Of a stretch of DNA of 44,798 nt, positions 28,001-35,510 are shown one piece after another. The DNA lies in the sequence record LT960609; one strand, written 5' to 3'. The notes under the pieces are model-generated. The model had not been told where the DNA came from. It saw only the letters and a list, made by a program, of their open reading frames with translations, and ran no database searches. How positions within the stretch are numbered: the stretch's first letter is position 1; each line of letters starts with the position of its first letter. The DNA comes from Escherichia phage SECphi18. The position numbers and the translations under genes are program-made.

Positions 28001-28469
28001 GCAGAAGATGACGTCCACGTTTAACCATGCTGGTGGCAACGCCACGTACAGCCTTAAGGCGGGCGTGACGTATAACGGGACTTACTATGATGCCGGTATG
28101 CAGCTTTCCGTCGTGGCGGAAGGCGGCGCGGTTAAATCCCGCATCGCATTCAAAGCGGACCAGTTCTACATCATGCACCCATCTAACGGGTCGCTTTCGT
28201 CCGCGTTTATCGTAGACGGCGGCGCGGTGTATATTGACACGGCACGCATCAAAGACGCGACTATCAACTTCGCGCAGATTACGGACACGTTGCAATCGAA
28301 TAACTATGACGGCTACTCGCGTGGTTGGCGCTTAGGGAAAGACGGAACGTTTATCAACCTGGGAACCGGTAACGGTGGCGGGATGAAACAGACAAACACG
28401 CAAATCAGCGTTAGGGACGGAAACGGCGTGCTCCGCGTGCAAATTGGTGAAATCACAGGTTATTGGTAA
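25050..28469 (+). CDS. Central tail fibre / host specificity protein J-like
   Basis: 1139 aa; ATG overlaps upstream stop; size and position after I. Confidence 0.8.
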   Translation: MTIIYDVTGHKGGGGKQHTPQETPDSLHSLAKIRILLALGEGEFEGITSASELRQRVYLDGTPIQNADLSENFPGARVEFRPGTQHQDVIHGFSAVESEQSVGVKLENGTPWVRQINDTSLDAVRIRIGIPALYTNEDNGDLVGGRIDYKIVVYTDNADPREFTFAAVGKTMSLYERDHRIELPPNVNTGWRVEVHRITADSTSAKVVNDIRVQSITEIIDARLRYPLTALLFVEFDAKAFQNIPRVSIKCKGRKVLIPNNYDPINHTYSGDWDGTFKRAWTDNPAWHWYDICITERFGLGRRIKPQMLNRYALYQIAQRCDQLVSDGNGGREIRFKNDMYIQSQTDAWTVLKDLAAIFAGMTWWGNQMLNIVSDQPVAAVSHTITNASVIDGRFDYASGSQKTRYSTFAVAYGNPKNHYDDAIATGQRVELVRRHKINRLDITAIGCTRESEAQRRGHWALISNQLDQQVSFKVGMEGLFFIPGSVVAIADTNISGGFETRGGRLLSDPGTRTVLNTDSEITFRPGDKFLVRTDSGNVETREIASVNGNKVTLKTALDADPIPDQPFCVDGDDIQLQKFRITDLEYDDSTSTFSVRGIEYNDSKYDAVDNGARLDPGIFTQVPDGVMKGPESVTITPSQISSQGQLITNVDIVFPPVKDAVVYEIQWRRTSLQNMAIQWGNDWVNIPRTASNGAHIPNVFSGNYQARVRAIGMGEISSPWVSSAITPVEGRLGGLNAPIITNAISGLHQILWKWNHNNAATDISYTELEVRKTGETEWKFLTNVPYPGSEYAQTSLEFGIYQQLRARVADKIGNLSDWSAPFEGQVSDKVDEYMKGLDDEFLTSEDGKRFQEAIDTIPQGIYEAMLTDAQQLFNARAEYKGIYAEISVAYNVAADAHKAVAQLETLIGTRLDDAEAAIHTLQTAQSTHEQAFAQYQQTVAAKFGDQEAAIQQVQTATSTNAQALADYKVHVAAQFDQQSAAIEQKMTSTFNHAGGNATYSLKAGVTYNGTYYDAGMQLSVVAEGGAVKSRIAFKADQFYIMHPSNGSLSSAFIVDGGAVYIDTARIKDATINFAQITDTLQSNNYDGYSRGWRLGKDGTFINLGTGNGGGMKQTNTQISVRDGNGVLRVQIGEITGYW

Positions 28470-28472
28470 CAC

Positions 28473-28493
28473 AGGGGCTTCGGCCCCTTTCTT
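28473..28493 (+). terminator. Intrinsic terminator after the J-like gene
   Basis: ggggc-ttcg-gcccc followed by tttctt. Confidence 0.45.
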
Positions 28494-28506
28494 AGGGAGG
28501 TATAGC

Positions 28507-28809
28507 ATGGCTTTCGGTGTCGCAACATGGGACGCGCAAGGGCGACCAAACAACTACGGGATAAAGCCCGTTTCGGTTGTCGGAATTATTAAACTGGCAC
28601 AAGGTCAAACATCGGGGGCGTGGTCGTTCGATATTCCGTCAGGTATGAAAGTAGGTTTTGCGGTTACGCTGGACGTAGGCGGCACTACGGTCGGTCGGGC
28701 GATCCGTGCCAGCGGGAACACGATAACAGTATCTGCCGCAAACAGCGTCGGCATTGGCAACTACCCAGCATCAGAATGTGAAGTAGTAGTTTTTGTGGAG
28801 AAAGCGTAA
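28507..28809 (+). CDS. Hypothetical tail-associated protein
   Basis: 100 aa from internal ATG with RBS agggagg; N-terminus MAFGVATWDAQG resembles the next gene (MANFGALIDNNNG). Confidence 0.45.
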   Translation: MAFGVATWDAQGRPNNYGIKPVSVVGIIKLAQGQTSGAWSFDIPSGMKVGFAVTLDVGGTTVGRAIRASGNTITVSAANSVGIGNYPASECEVVVFVEKA

Positions 28810-28811
28810 AA

Positions 28812-29483
28812 ATGGCAAACTTCGGAGCATTAATTGACAACAACAACGGCAACCCATTCGTCACGCCAAACTCAACGCCATTCGTCCTCTACGCTAAGGT
28901 GTCGGCAAATTCAGTGGACGCCGGTGCGGATTATAAAACAGCAAGCGGTGGAGTGGATATCCCCGCGAACTATCCGGCGATGGTGTTCATGCGGTCCAAT
29001 AACCGTTGCGTCCTGGCGGCGTCACGATCAGGTAACCGGATTATATTTAGCGGAAGCATTCAGGGCCAGAATAACCCACATTTTACCGTCACGGCGTACA
29101 TATTCGCGCGATTCCCGCAACCGCTGCCGAGATGGGGGTTTGCTATTTGGGACGCCAGTGGGACGTGCATACTAACCAACGAAAGCAAGGTGCTCACCGA
29201 TCTAGTCACTGTCGGCAGCTTCGGCAATAACGGCGGGATCAACATAGACCAGACGCTGCCGGGTAAGTACGCGGTATCACCTATGTTAATGGGCGCCACT
29301 CTGATCCAGATCTTTGTACAAGGGTCGCCGCTGATTATCCAGATCTCGGCGGGGGCAGGGGCTTACGACAACGGAAGCGGCACTCGTATTAACGCGGTCG
29401 CTACGCAGGCTGGGTCAGGGAGCATCGCAGGGTATCAAAACACCGGCGTTGCTCTGACCGCAATTAACGTGGATGGGATATGA
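28812..29483 (+). CDS. Hypothetical tail-associated protein
   Basis: 223 aa; starts 3 nt after the previous gene; Gly/Asn/Ser-rich. Confidence 0.45.
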   Translation: MANFGALIDNNNGNPFVTPNSTPFVLYAKVSANSVDAGADYKTASGGVDIPANYPAMVFMRSNNRCVLAASRSGNRIIFSGSIQGQNNPHFTVTAYIFARFPQPLPRWGFAIWDASGTCILTNESKVLTDLVTVGSFGNNGGINIDQTLPGKYAVSPMLMGATLIQIFVQGSPLIIQISAGAGAYDNGSGTRINAVATQAGSGSIAGYQNTGVALTAINVDGI

Positions 29484-29500
29484 AACGCCCCGAAAGGGGC

Positions 29501-29719
29501 TTATTCGCAGGTGGTGCTTTTGAAGTGGTCGACCGACACATACTGGAAGTTGAATGGGTATCCTGCCCGTAACATTTTATGTCCGCTAAAGTCGGCGACC
29601 CCAAACACCGGGACGGAATACTCCATACCACTATTCATGTATGTTGCGTCGCATATTTTAGACGGCATGTAGGCACAACCGGACAAAAGAACCGCACAAA
29701 TCATAATTAAAGTTTTCAT
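29501..29719 (-). CDS. Small secreted lipoprotein (superinfection-exclusion candidate)
   Basis: 72 aa from internal ATG with RBS aggaga; signal peptide MKTLIMICAVLLSGC with lipobox; three further Cys; opposite strand to the tail genes. Confidence 0.6.
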   Translation of the reverse strand: MKTLIMICAVLLSGCAYMPSKICDATYMNSGMEYSVPVFGVADFSGHKMLRAGYPFNFQYVSVDHFKSTTCE

Positions 29720-29773
29720 GGTATCATCTCCTATATTTGGTTTAGTTTTAGTATTGCACTGCTTAACCATTAA

Positions 29774-29783
29774 TGCAACCAAT
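29774..29783. promoter_or_regulatory. Operator-motif copy in the divergent region between lipoprotein and tail fibre genes
   Basis: TGCAACCAAT about 17 nt upstream of the tail fibre ATG. Confidence 0.4.
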
Positions 29784-29799
29784 TTATGAGGATTCAGCT

Positions 29800-31578
29800 A
29801 TGGCAGCGGGTACACTATCCGTAACGAATAACAGCAAGGCGGTTGTCGGGGTAGGCACGACGTTTACCGCGTTTAAAGCTGGCGACTTCTTAACGCTGGT
29901 GGTAGGGCAAGTCCCATACACCGTGGCAATCGCGTCCATTGAAAGCGCAACCGCGCTCACGCTGGTGTTACCGTTCGACGGCCCAACGGCAACCGGCCTT
30001 GCGTGGGATGGCGTTAAGCGCGATACCATGTCGCTGGCAACGATGGGCGTTACCGTACAGGCCCAAAAAGCATTGCGCTTGATGATTGCAGATGAAAACA
30101 ACTGGCGTGCAATCTTCGGCGATGCTGAAGAAATCACAGTCACGCTCCCGAACGGGCAAGTTATGCAGGGTATGTCGTGGGGCTACCTGTCGTCTTTGCT
30201 GAAGGAAGTAGACCCCGTTGAGATGCGCAACCTGCAACAACAAGCCGCCGCATCGGAAGCAGCCGCGCAAGGATTCCGTAACGAGGCGGAAGGCTTCAAG
30301 AACGACGCCAACACCATCAAGACGCAGACCAACCAGATTAAGGCGGATACGCAGGCGATCAAGGACCAAACGAATCAGATCAAGACTGACACTGGCGTTA
30401 TTCGTGATGAAGCCAATACTGCGAAGGAGGACGCGCAATCTGCCCGCACTGCCGCGCAAGGATTTCGCAATGAGGCTGAACAATTCGCTAATAGTGTTAA
30501 CCCGGAAAACCTACTTGCGAAGGCCAACAACTTAAGTGATGTTGCGGATGTGGCTGTGGCGCGCGAAAACATTGGTGTAGACCGCCTAACGCAAAACATA
30601 ACCAGCGGCGAAACACAAATCAGGACTGCGGCGAGTAATAAATGGATCTTCGTTAAGGAAAATGGCGACTGGGGCGGGTGGGATAATGCCAACAATAAAG
30701 CCATGCCGCTGCCGATTGCATTCGGTGGTACGGGGCGCGGCGATAACGTCGCCGCGTTCCGCCAGTTTAAGTCTAACGGCGAATCCCCGGACGGATTAAT
30801 CCTCAAGCAGGCTGGGGCCGGTTTCGGTGGCGCAGGCTGGGCCAATTCAGCGGATAAAGTACGCTGGCGTATGGGCATCGACGAAGCCTCTGGCCATTTT
30901 AAAATGTACTCATACGACGCAGCGGGAGCGTATCGAGACACCGTCCTCGAGATCACCGGAGCAGGACTCGGGGGCATGGTGTTGTCCCGTGATATGACCG
31001 TGCGCCCGACGACGGCAGTTCCCGCGCGATCGTTCGTTCTAAACAACGGAAAAGCTACCGTCCCGGCTGGTAACTTCCGCACGATGTGGGATACGGTTAA
31101 TATCAATAGTGACCAGATCTATAAATATTTTGAGAAGGGAGACGGCACTGGCTTTACAGTCAATTGGCCCTCATCCGGTGGTGTTATTGCCCTCCAGGGT
31201 ACATCAGGAAGGGACTTTAAGAAAGATATTACCGACGCGGATGTTACAGAAGCGGTTGCACGCATTGAACAAATGCGCATGGTGCGCTACGTGTATAAGG
31301 ACGATGTGCAGGAGCGCGTCCGCTTCGGCATCATTGCCGAGGAAGCAGAAGAGATTGCGCCTCAATACATCAAACACCGTGAGGAGACGTACGATGTGGA
31401 GGTGGACCCCGAGACTAACGCCATCGTCGGGGGTAAGACGCGCGACCGTCCGTCGGTAGACGTTAACCCTATCGTGATGGACTTGATGGGGTGCGCACAA
31501 TATGCGATCGCTGAGTGTAAACGCCTGGCGGCGGAAGTGGAGGATTTGAAAGCCGAGATCGCGGCGTTGAAGAAATAA
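29800..31578 (+). CDS. Tail fibre with C-terminal intramolecular chaperone domain
   Basis: 592 aa from ATG with RBS gagga; central repeats (QTNQIKADTQAIKDQTNQIKTDTG); C-terminus resembles autoproteolytic S74-type chaperone domains. Confidence 0.65.
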   Translation: MAAGTLSVTNNSKAVVGVGTTFTAFKAGDFLTLVVGQVPYTVAIASIESATALTLVLPFDGPTATGLAWDGVKRDTMSLATMGVTVQAQKALRLMIADENNWRAIFGDAEEITVTLPNGQVMQGMSWGYLSSLLKEVDPVEMRNLQQQAAASEAAAQGFRNEAEGFKNDANTIKTQTNQIKADTQAIKDQTNQIKTDTGVIRDEANTAKEDAQSARTAAQGFRNEAEQFANSVNPENLLAKANNLSDVADVAVARENIGVDRLTQNITSGETQIRTAASNKWIFVKENGDWGGWDNANNKAMPLPIAFGGTGRGDNVAAFRQFKSNGESPDGLILKQAGAGFGGAGWANSADKVRWRMGIDEASGHFKMYSYDAAGAYRDTVLEITGAGLGGMVLSRDMTVRPTTAVPARSFVLNNGKATVPAGNFRTMWDTVNINSDQIYKYFEKGDGTGFTVNWPSSGGVIALQGTSGRDFKKDITDADVTEAVARIEQMRMVRYVYKDDVQERVRFGIIAEEAEEIAPQYIKHREETYDVEVDPETNAIVGGKTRDRPSVDVNPIVMDLMGCAQYAIAECKRLAAEVEDLKAEIAALKK

Positions 31579-31588
31579 ATAAATAGAA

Positions 31589-31611
31589 GGGGCCATGCGG
31601 CCCCTTTTTTT
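31589..31611. terminator. Bidirectional intrinsic terminator
   Basis: ggggcc-atgc-ggcccc followed by T7; lies between convergent genes. Confidence 0.6.
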
Positions 31612-32185
31612 AGTTTGAGTTTTCCCAGTCCATTTTTCGCCGCACCAGGGGGCTTTCGTAGTATTCCTTTCCGTCCACTTCCACTAAGGGCCAGTCATTA
31701 ACAATGACGTATGGTTCCGCGATATCCTCGATCACGCCATGCGCGCTTTGCGGCCCTAACGACACACCAACCAGGATAACACCGGCAACGCGACGGGCAA
31801 GATACTCGCGAGCGCAACGCGCCTCTACCAGTCCGCGACGGATGCCGCTGGTGGCCTTAACCTCGTAGGTCCATACGGCATCAATCACATGCTCGCGGAA
31901 GTCTGGACCGGACTTAACCTTGCGTTTACCGACCATGATGATATCGCCGCGGTCAATGGTATTGGCGCTAAACAGGCCGGTACGCATCAGTAAGCCTTGC
32001 GGGATACAACTACGCCCGCCCGCCTGGCCCTCAAGGTACATGCCAGCAAACATCTCGCCCAGCACACCGACAAGACGGCTTTGCTTGCACGCGTCAGACT
32101 TTAAGCGCCACTGGTCAAACTCGATGCTTGCTATCATAGCCGCCAGGTGGAATTGTTTACCGGATATTTCATATTCGCCGTACAT
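31610..32185 (-). CDS. Hypothetical protein, possible PD-(D/E)xK nuclease fold
   Basis: 191 aa; GPDF...VWTYEVK resembles a PD...ExK motif; weak. Confidence 0.35.
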   Translation of the reverse strand: MYGEYEISGKQFHLAAMIASIEFDQWRLKSDACKQSRLVGVLGEMFAGMYLEGQAGGRSCIPQGLLMRTGLFSANTIDRGDIIMVGKRKVKSGPDFREHVIDAVWTYEVKATSGIRRGLVEARCAREYLARRVAGVILVGVSLGPQSAHGVIEDIAEPYVIVNDWPLVEVDGKEYYESPLVRRKMDWENSN

Positions 32186-32227
32186 CGTGTGGCCCTCATT
32201 GATGCGGGCCGAAGCCCGCGATTAGAA

Positions 32228-32749
32228 TTATTTCAGTGCGCCAGTCACCAGTGTTTTTTCCATGTTGCGGAAGTCTTCCGGCGTCATGAGGATTTTGGAC
32301 CCGTCTTCGCCAGTTAGAACGACCATAGGCTGGACGTCCTGGTCTACGACGCCGAAATCGGCGGCTTTGACAGTCTTGCCCGCCGATGCCGAAGGATGCC
32401 ACGCCCCTGCGGTGGCGATGGGCCAACCTTTAAGGCTATCGTATTGCGCTGCCGTTGTATCGATCTGGATCTCGTCATGTACGGTCATGTACGACTCGCC
32501 CAGCAGTGCGGCATATGCTACCAGGTCAACGATGTTATCGTCCTGGTGCTTACGGTGCTGGCGTACCAGCTTCAGGCAGATCAGGAAGGTCCAGGCTTCT
32601 TGCTCGGTAAGGTCGCGACCGGTAAGCGCGTTAAACACGGCAGCGATCTGCTTAGCGCTGCGCTCCTCTTTCGCGTTGTCATAGCCGTTTTCTTTCCCGC
32701 GCTGATCCATAGTGGTGGCGGCGTTTTTGCAGTATTCGTATGCTTTCAC
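32228..32749 (-). CDS. Hypothetical protein
   Basis: 173 aa; GTG start with RBS aaaggg. Confidence 0.45.
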   Translation of the reverse strand: MKAYEYCKNAATTMDQRGKENGYDNAKEERSAKQIAAVFNALTGRDLTEQEAWTFLICLKLVRQHRKHQDDNIVDLVAYAALLGESYMTVHDEIQIDTTAAQYDSLKGWPIATAGAWHPSASAGKTVKAADFGVVDQDVQPMVVLTGEDGSKILMTPEDFRNMEKTLVTGALK

Positions 32750-32793
32750 AGTATTACCCTTTTAGTGAGGGGCAGTATTGCCCCGACACGTTT

Positions 32794-32823
32794 ACTATAG
32801 TGCAACCAACCTATTGGTTGCAA
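32794..32823 (-). promoter_or_regulatory. Sigma70-like promoter containing a palindromic operator
   Basis: TGCAACCAA-cctA-TTGGTTGCA inverted repeat (9-bp arms); minus strand -35 TTGCAA, 18 nt, -10 TATAGT. Confidence 0.5.
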
Positions 32824-33281
32824 GTAAATTTTGCAACGTTTATTGCGTAAATTTTCGGGACCAGATCGCTGCACGCCCGACGAATTGCCGCGATGTTCTT
32901 CTCGCAATCTTCAATGATGACCAGTTCGGACACGTCCGCATAGCAGACCATTTTGAACACGGCGCACGCTTTAAACTCTGGCGGCGGGGTGTCGTCCAGC
33001 ATGTGGCGCATGAACAACCGGCCGTTCGGGAATACTTCCAGTTGCTCGGCGGTCGTGTCCCAACATTCGCGCTGCCGGTTTGTCAGATACGCGATCTCGA
33101 AGCCTTGCTCTTTGTACATGCGCAACAGCGGCAGCATATCCATGTTAAGGTCTTCGCGTACGTGCGCTTTGTGCCACTTCGCCCAAAATGTTGATTTGGT
33201 TTTTATACCCGGAACCAGGTCGGCGCGTGCATCACTCGAACCATTAATAACGCCATCAAGATCACAAATCAGTAGTTTCAT
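32811..33281 (-). CDS. HAD-superfamily hydrolase/phosphatase-like protein
   Basis: 156 aa; N-terminal LLICDLDGVI matches HAD motif I (DxDG). Confidence 0.5.
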   Translation of the reverse strand: MKLLICDLDGVINGSSDARADLVPGIKTKSTFWAKWHKAHVREDLNMDMLPLLRMYKEQGFEIAYLTNRQRECWDTTAEQLEVFPNGRLFMRHMLDDTPPPEFKACAVFKMVCYADVSELVIIEDCEKNIAAIRRACSDLVPKIYAINVAKFTCNQ

Positions 33282-33502
33282 TTTAAGCTCTCAATAAGGG
33301 TGTGTCGGGCGCTGCGCGCGGTGAAGGAGTTACACACGAAATGGCAACGCTTGGTTATGACAAGCCAGCCGGTAAGATCCAGGCCCAGGATATATTCAGG
33401 CCGTGACACGCGCTTCACGTGATCGCGGCGTGGGTCGATGTTATAGTCTCTTTGCATTTGGTATACTACCGCGGGGTCGCGGTCAACGATTAAGATATTC
33501 AT
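33278..33502 (-). CDS. Hypothetical protein
   Basis: 74 aa from internal ATG with RBS gagag; overlaps neighbours by 4 nt. Confidence 0.4.
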   Translation of the reverse strand: MNILIVDRDPAVVYQMQRDYNIDPRRDHVKRVSRPEYILGLDLTGWLVITKRCHFVCNSFTARSARHTLIESLK

Positions 33503-33968
33503 GTAACTCACTCTCGCTCATTATTTCAATTTGTGCGCTGCCGATGGGCGGCGCTTCGTCAAAGATTATCAATTGCTGGCACTTGTTATTGCTAGGCCCG
33601 ACTTCGCCGGTGACGGCGTGTATAAATCTAATCCGCCAGTCCAGAAGAATTATCAGGTTTGCAGTCTTCCTGGCCAGCTTCGCCCCCTTCGTCGACGTGT
33701 CCTGATTCAGTAGCATGACCGTCCGGCGTCCGTGCGCTGCGCACTCTACCCACGGCAGCGGATCGGAATACGGCGGATTGCACCACTTCCACCCTTTCAA
33801 CTCGGACCAGTCCACATCAAGCGCGCTGTGTTCCGCCGTGAAGTAACGCGGTAGCAGATGATTGGCGTCGCTTGCCGCCATATCGTAACGGAATCGGTAT
33901 TTCCGACGAAGCGGTTTAAATAAAGCTGGCGGCGTGCGCCAGCTATCTTTTTGCTCATTCTCCGTCAT
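33483..33968 (-). CDS. DNA N6-adenine methyltransferase (phage Dam-like)
   Basis: 161 aa; catalytic NPPY motif (WCNPPYSD). Confidence 0.6.
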   Translation of the reverse strand: MTENEQKDSWRTPPALFKPLRRKYRFRYDMAASDANHLLPRYFTAEHSALDVDWSELKGWKWCNPPYSDPLPWVECAAHGRRTVMLLNQDTSTKGAKLARKTANLIILLDWRIRFIHAVTGEVGPSNNKCQQLIIFDEAPPIGSAQIEIMSESELHEYLNR

Positions 33969-34413
33969 AGTCTGGATCTATCGCATACAGGGCGGTTTTC
34001 TTGCCACTGGATAGCACGCGTTGGACTCGGGATAGCTCCGCCCTACTGAGCGGTCGGCTATCGGAATAGTAGCTGCCGTTTGCACGCCACGCTATACGCA
34101 CCAGTCCTTTCCGCGGGATCGAAGACTGGCTGCCCTTCGGACGGACGTACTCCTCGGCCAGTTTGCAATGCTCGCGCAGACCTTCGGCAGTGATGCGGTT
34201 TAGCGCGACGGTGGTTGTGTACCCGGTGCGCTGCATAATACCCATCAACTCATACAGCAGTTCGAAGCGCTCCTCTAACTCCTTGCGCATCTTTTCCTCG
34301 CCTTCATAGCTCGCCAGGTAGGTATCCGCCAGCGCGTTCGCCCGTTCGACCTGTTCGCGGGCTTCGAGGCATTGCGCGGCCCAGTAATTTTTCTCTTCTT
34401 GTAAAATTTTCAT
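33955..34413 (-). CDS. Hypothetical protein
   Basis: 152 aa; charged helical N-terminus. Confidence 0.45.
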   Translation of the reverse strand: MKILQEEKNYWAAQCLEAREQVERANALADTYLASYEGEEKMRKELEERFELLYELMGIMQRTGYTTTVALNRITAEGLREHCKLAEEYVRPKGSQSSIPRKGLVRIAWRANGSYYSDSRPLSRAELSRVQRVLSSGKKTALYAIDPDYDGE

Positions 34414-34433
34414 CGTGTTGTCTCCAGGTATTA

Positions 34434-34460
34434 AAAAAGGCGTCCAAACCGGACACCCTT
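34434..34460 (-). terminator. Terminator-like hairpin on minus strand
   Basis: Minus strand: ggtgtcc-ggttt-ggacgcc followed by T6. Confidence 0.4.
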
Positions 34461-34467
34461 AAGATAA

Positions 34468-34494
34468 TGCAACCAATATAATTATGCAACCAAT
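34468..34494. promoter_or_regulatory. Tandem operator-motif pair
   Basis: Two TGCAACCAAT copies 17 nt apart in the intergenic region. Confidence 0.5.
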
Positions 34495-34818
34495 TTACGA
34501 ATAAAAATTTGGGTCGCGCGCTACGTCTACCAGATACAGATTGCTGATTCGGTTGCCGTAGTGGCCTGGTGTGCGCTTGCGGCACACAACGGCGTAGCCT
34601 GGAGGAATTGTATTGCCAGTCTCAATAATCCACGCCACGCGCGCGCCAGATAGCGTCTTGCCGTTGCACTCGATGCGCGTGCCACCATCGGCAGTGTTAA
34701 GGTTGCCGATCTTGCAGCCTGTGGACTTCAGGCGAATGACGCCGGTCTTGCTGTCGTAGGAAAAAAGCTGATTGGTCATTGCCACTGAAAAGTCGATGGC
34801 TTCGAATGTAGTATTCAT
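34495..34818 (-). CDS. Hypothetical protein, HNH-like
   Basis: 107 aa; weak resemblance to homing-endonuclease DNA-binding modules. Confidence 0.3.
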   Translation of the reverse strand: MNTTFEAIDFSVAMTNQLFSYDSKTGVIRLKSTGCKIGNLNTADGGTRIECNGKTLSGARVAWIIETGNTIPPGYAVVCRKRTPGHYGNRISNLYLVDVARDPNFYS

Positions 34819-35510
34819 TTTAAATTTTCCTCATTGACCGCTATCGCGAAGCCGCGCGGGGTGAGCGACCTGATTAATTTGGTGCGGGCAGATTTGCCTC
34901 CGAGGCGACTATACTGCTTCGAGTACCCTTTTTCAACGAAAACAGGTTTCTTCTCTGGCATACGGAAGCCGTTGCCGGTCCATAAGCAGGTCAGCTTCGG
35001 ATATGAATCGCGGGCGTTGATGTACTCTGGGAAGAGCGGGTGTACGTCATCCACCGGTAGATAGCCGCCATACTCCCACGGGTCGAACGAGTGGTCCGGC
35101 TTGCGCCATTGGGTCGATAGCACGCTGCGCGGATTCTCAATCATATATGGCACTTCGAAGAAGTCCCCCAGGTAAGCGGCGATCTTCGCGGTGCGCACCG
35201 CCTTAAGCTGGAAGGCAGGGTCGCGGGCGCGTTTGCGCGGGAAAGCTGGCGCACCGCTAACCGCCAGATCCGTACACGGCGGGAATGCGTAAATGATATC
35301 CGGCGTGCCGAAATCACCATTCATCGCGCGGTCCACGAAGTCCAGATCGATAAACTCATTACGATATCGGATACCGCGCCCATAGATCCGGTAATCAAGG
35401 TAAGACCCGTGATCGGCTTCGGAGTAGTTGAAGCAATAACACTTATGCCCCATCTCGGCAGCACGCTCAATCATCAAGCCGCTGCCGTCAAACAATGACC
35501 AGATTATCAT
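34815..35510 (-). CDS. DNA C5-cytosine methyltransferase-like protein
   Basis: 231 aa; motif I-like LFDGSG, motif IV-like FPPC, motif VI-like ENP; short for a full methyltransferase. Confidence 0.45.
   Translation of the reverse strand: MIIWSLFDGSGLMIERAAEMGHKCYCFNYSEADHGSYLDYRIYGRGIRYRNEFIDLDFVDRAMNGDFGTPDIIYAFPPCTDLAVSGAPAFPRKRARDPAFQLKAVRTAKIAAYLGDFFEVPYMIENPRSVLSTQWRKPDHSFDPWEYGGYLPVDDVHPLFPEYINARDSYPKLTCLWTGNGFRMPEKKPVFVEKGYSKQYSRLGGKSARTKLIRSLTPRGFAIAVNEENLK

Noticed and set aside
29773-29799. Upstream ATG at 29773 as the tail fibre start
   Set aside because: No Shine-Dalgarno sequence before it, whereas the ATG at 29800 has a gagga RBS; the extra codons overlap the operator motif.
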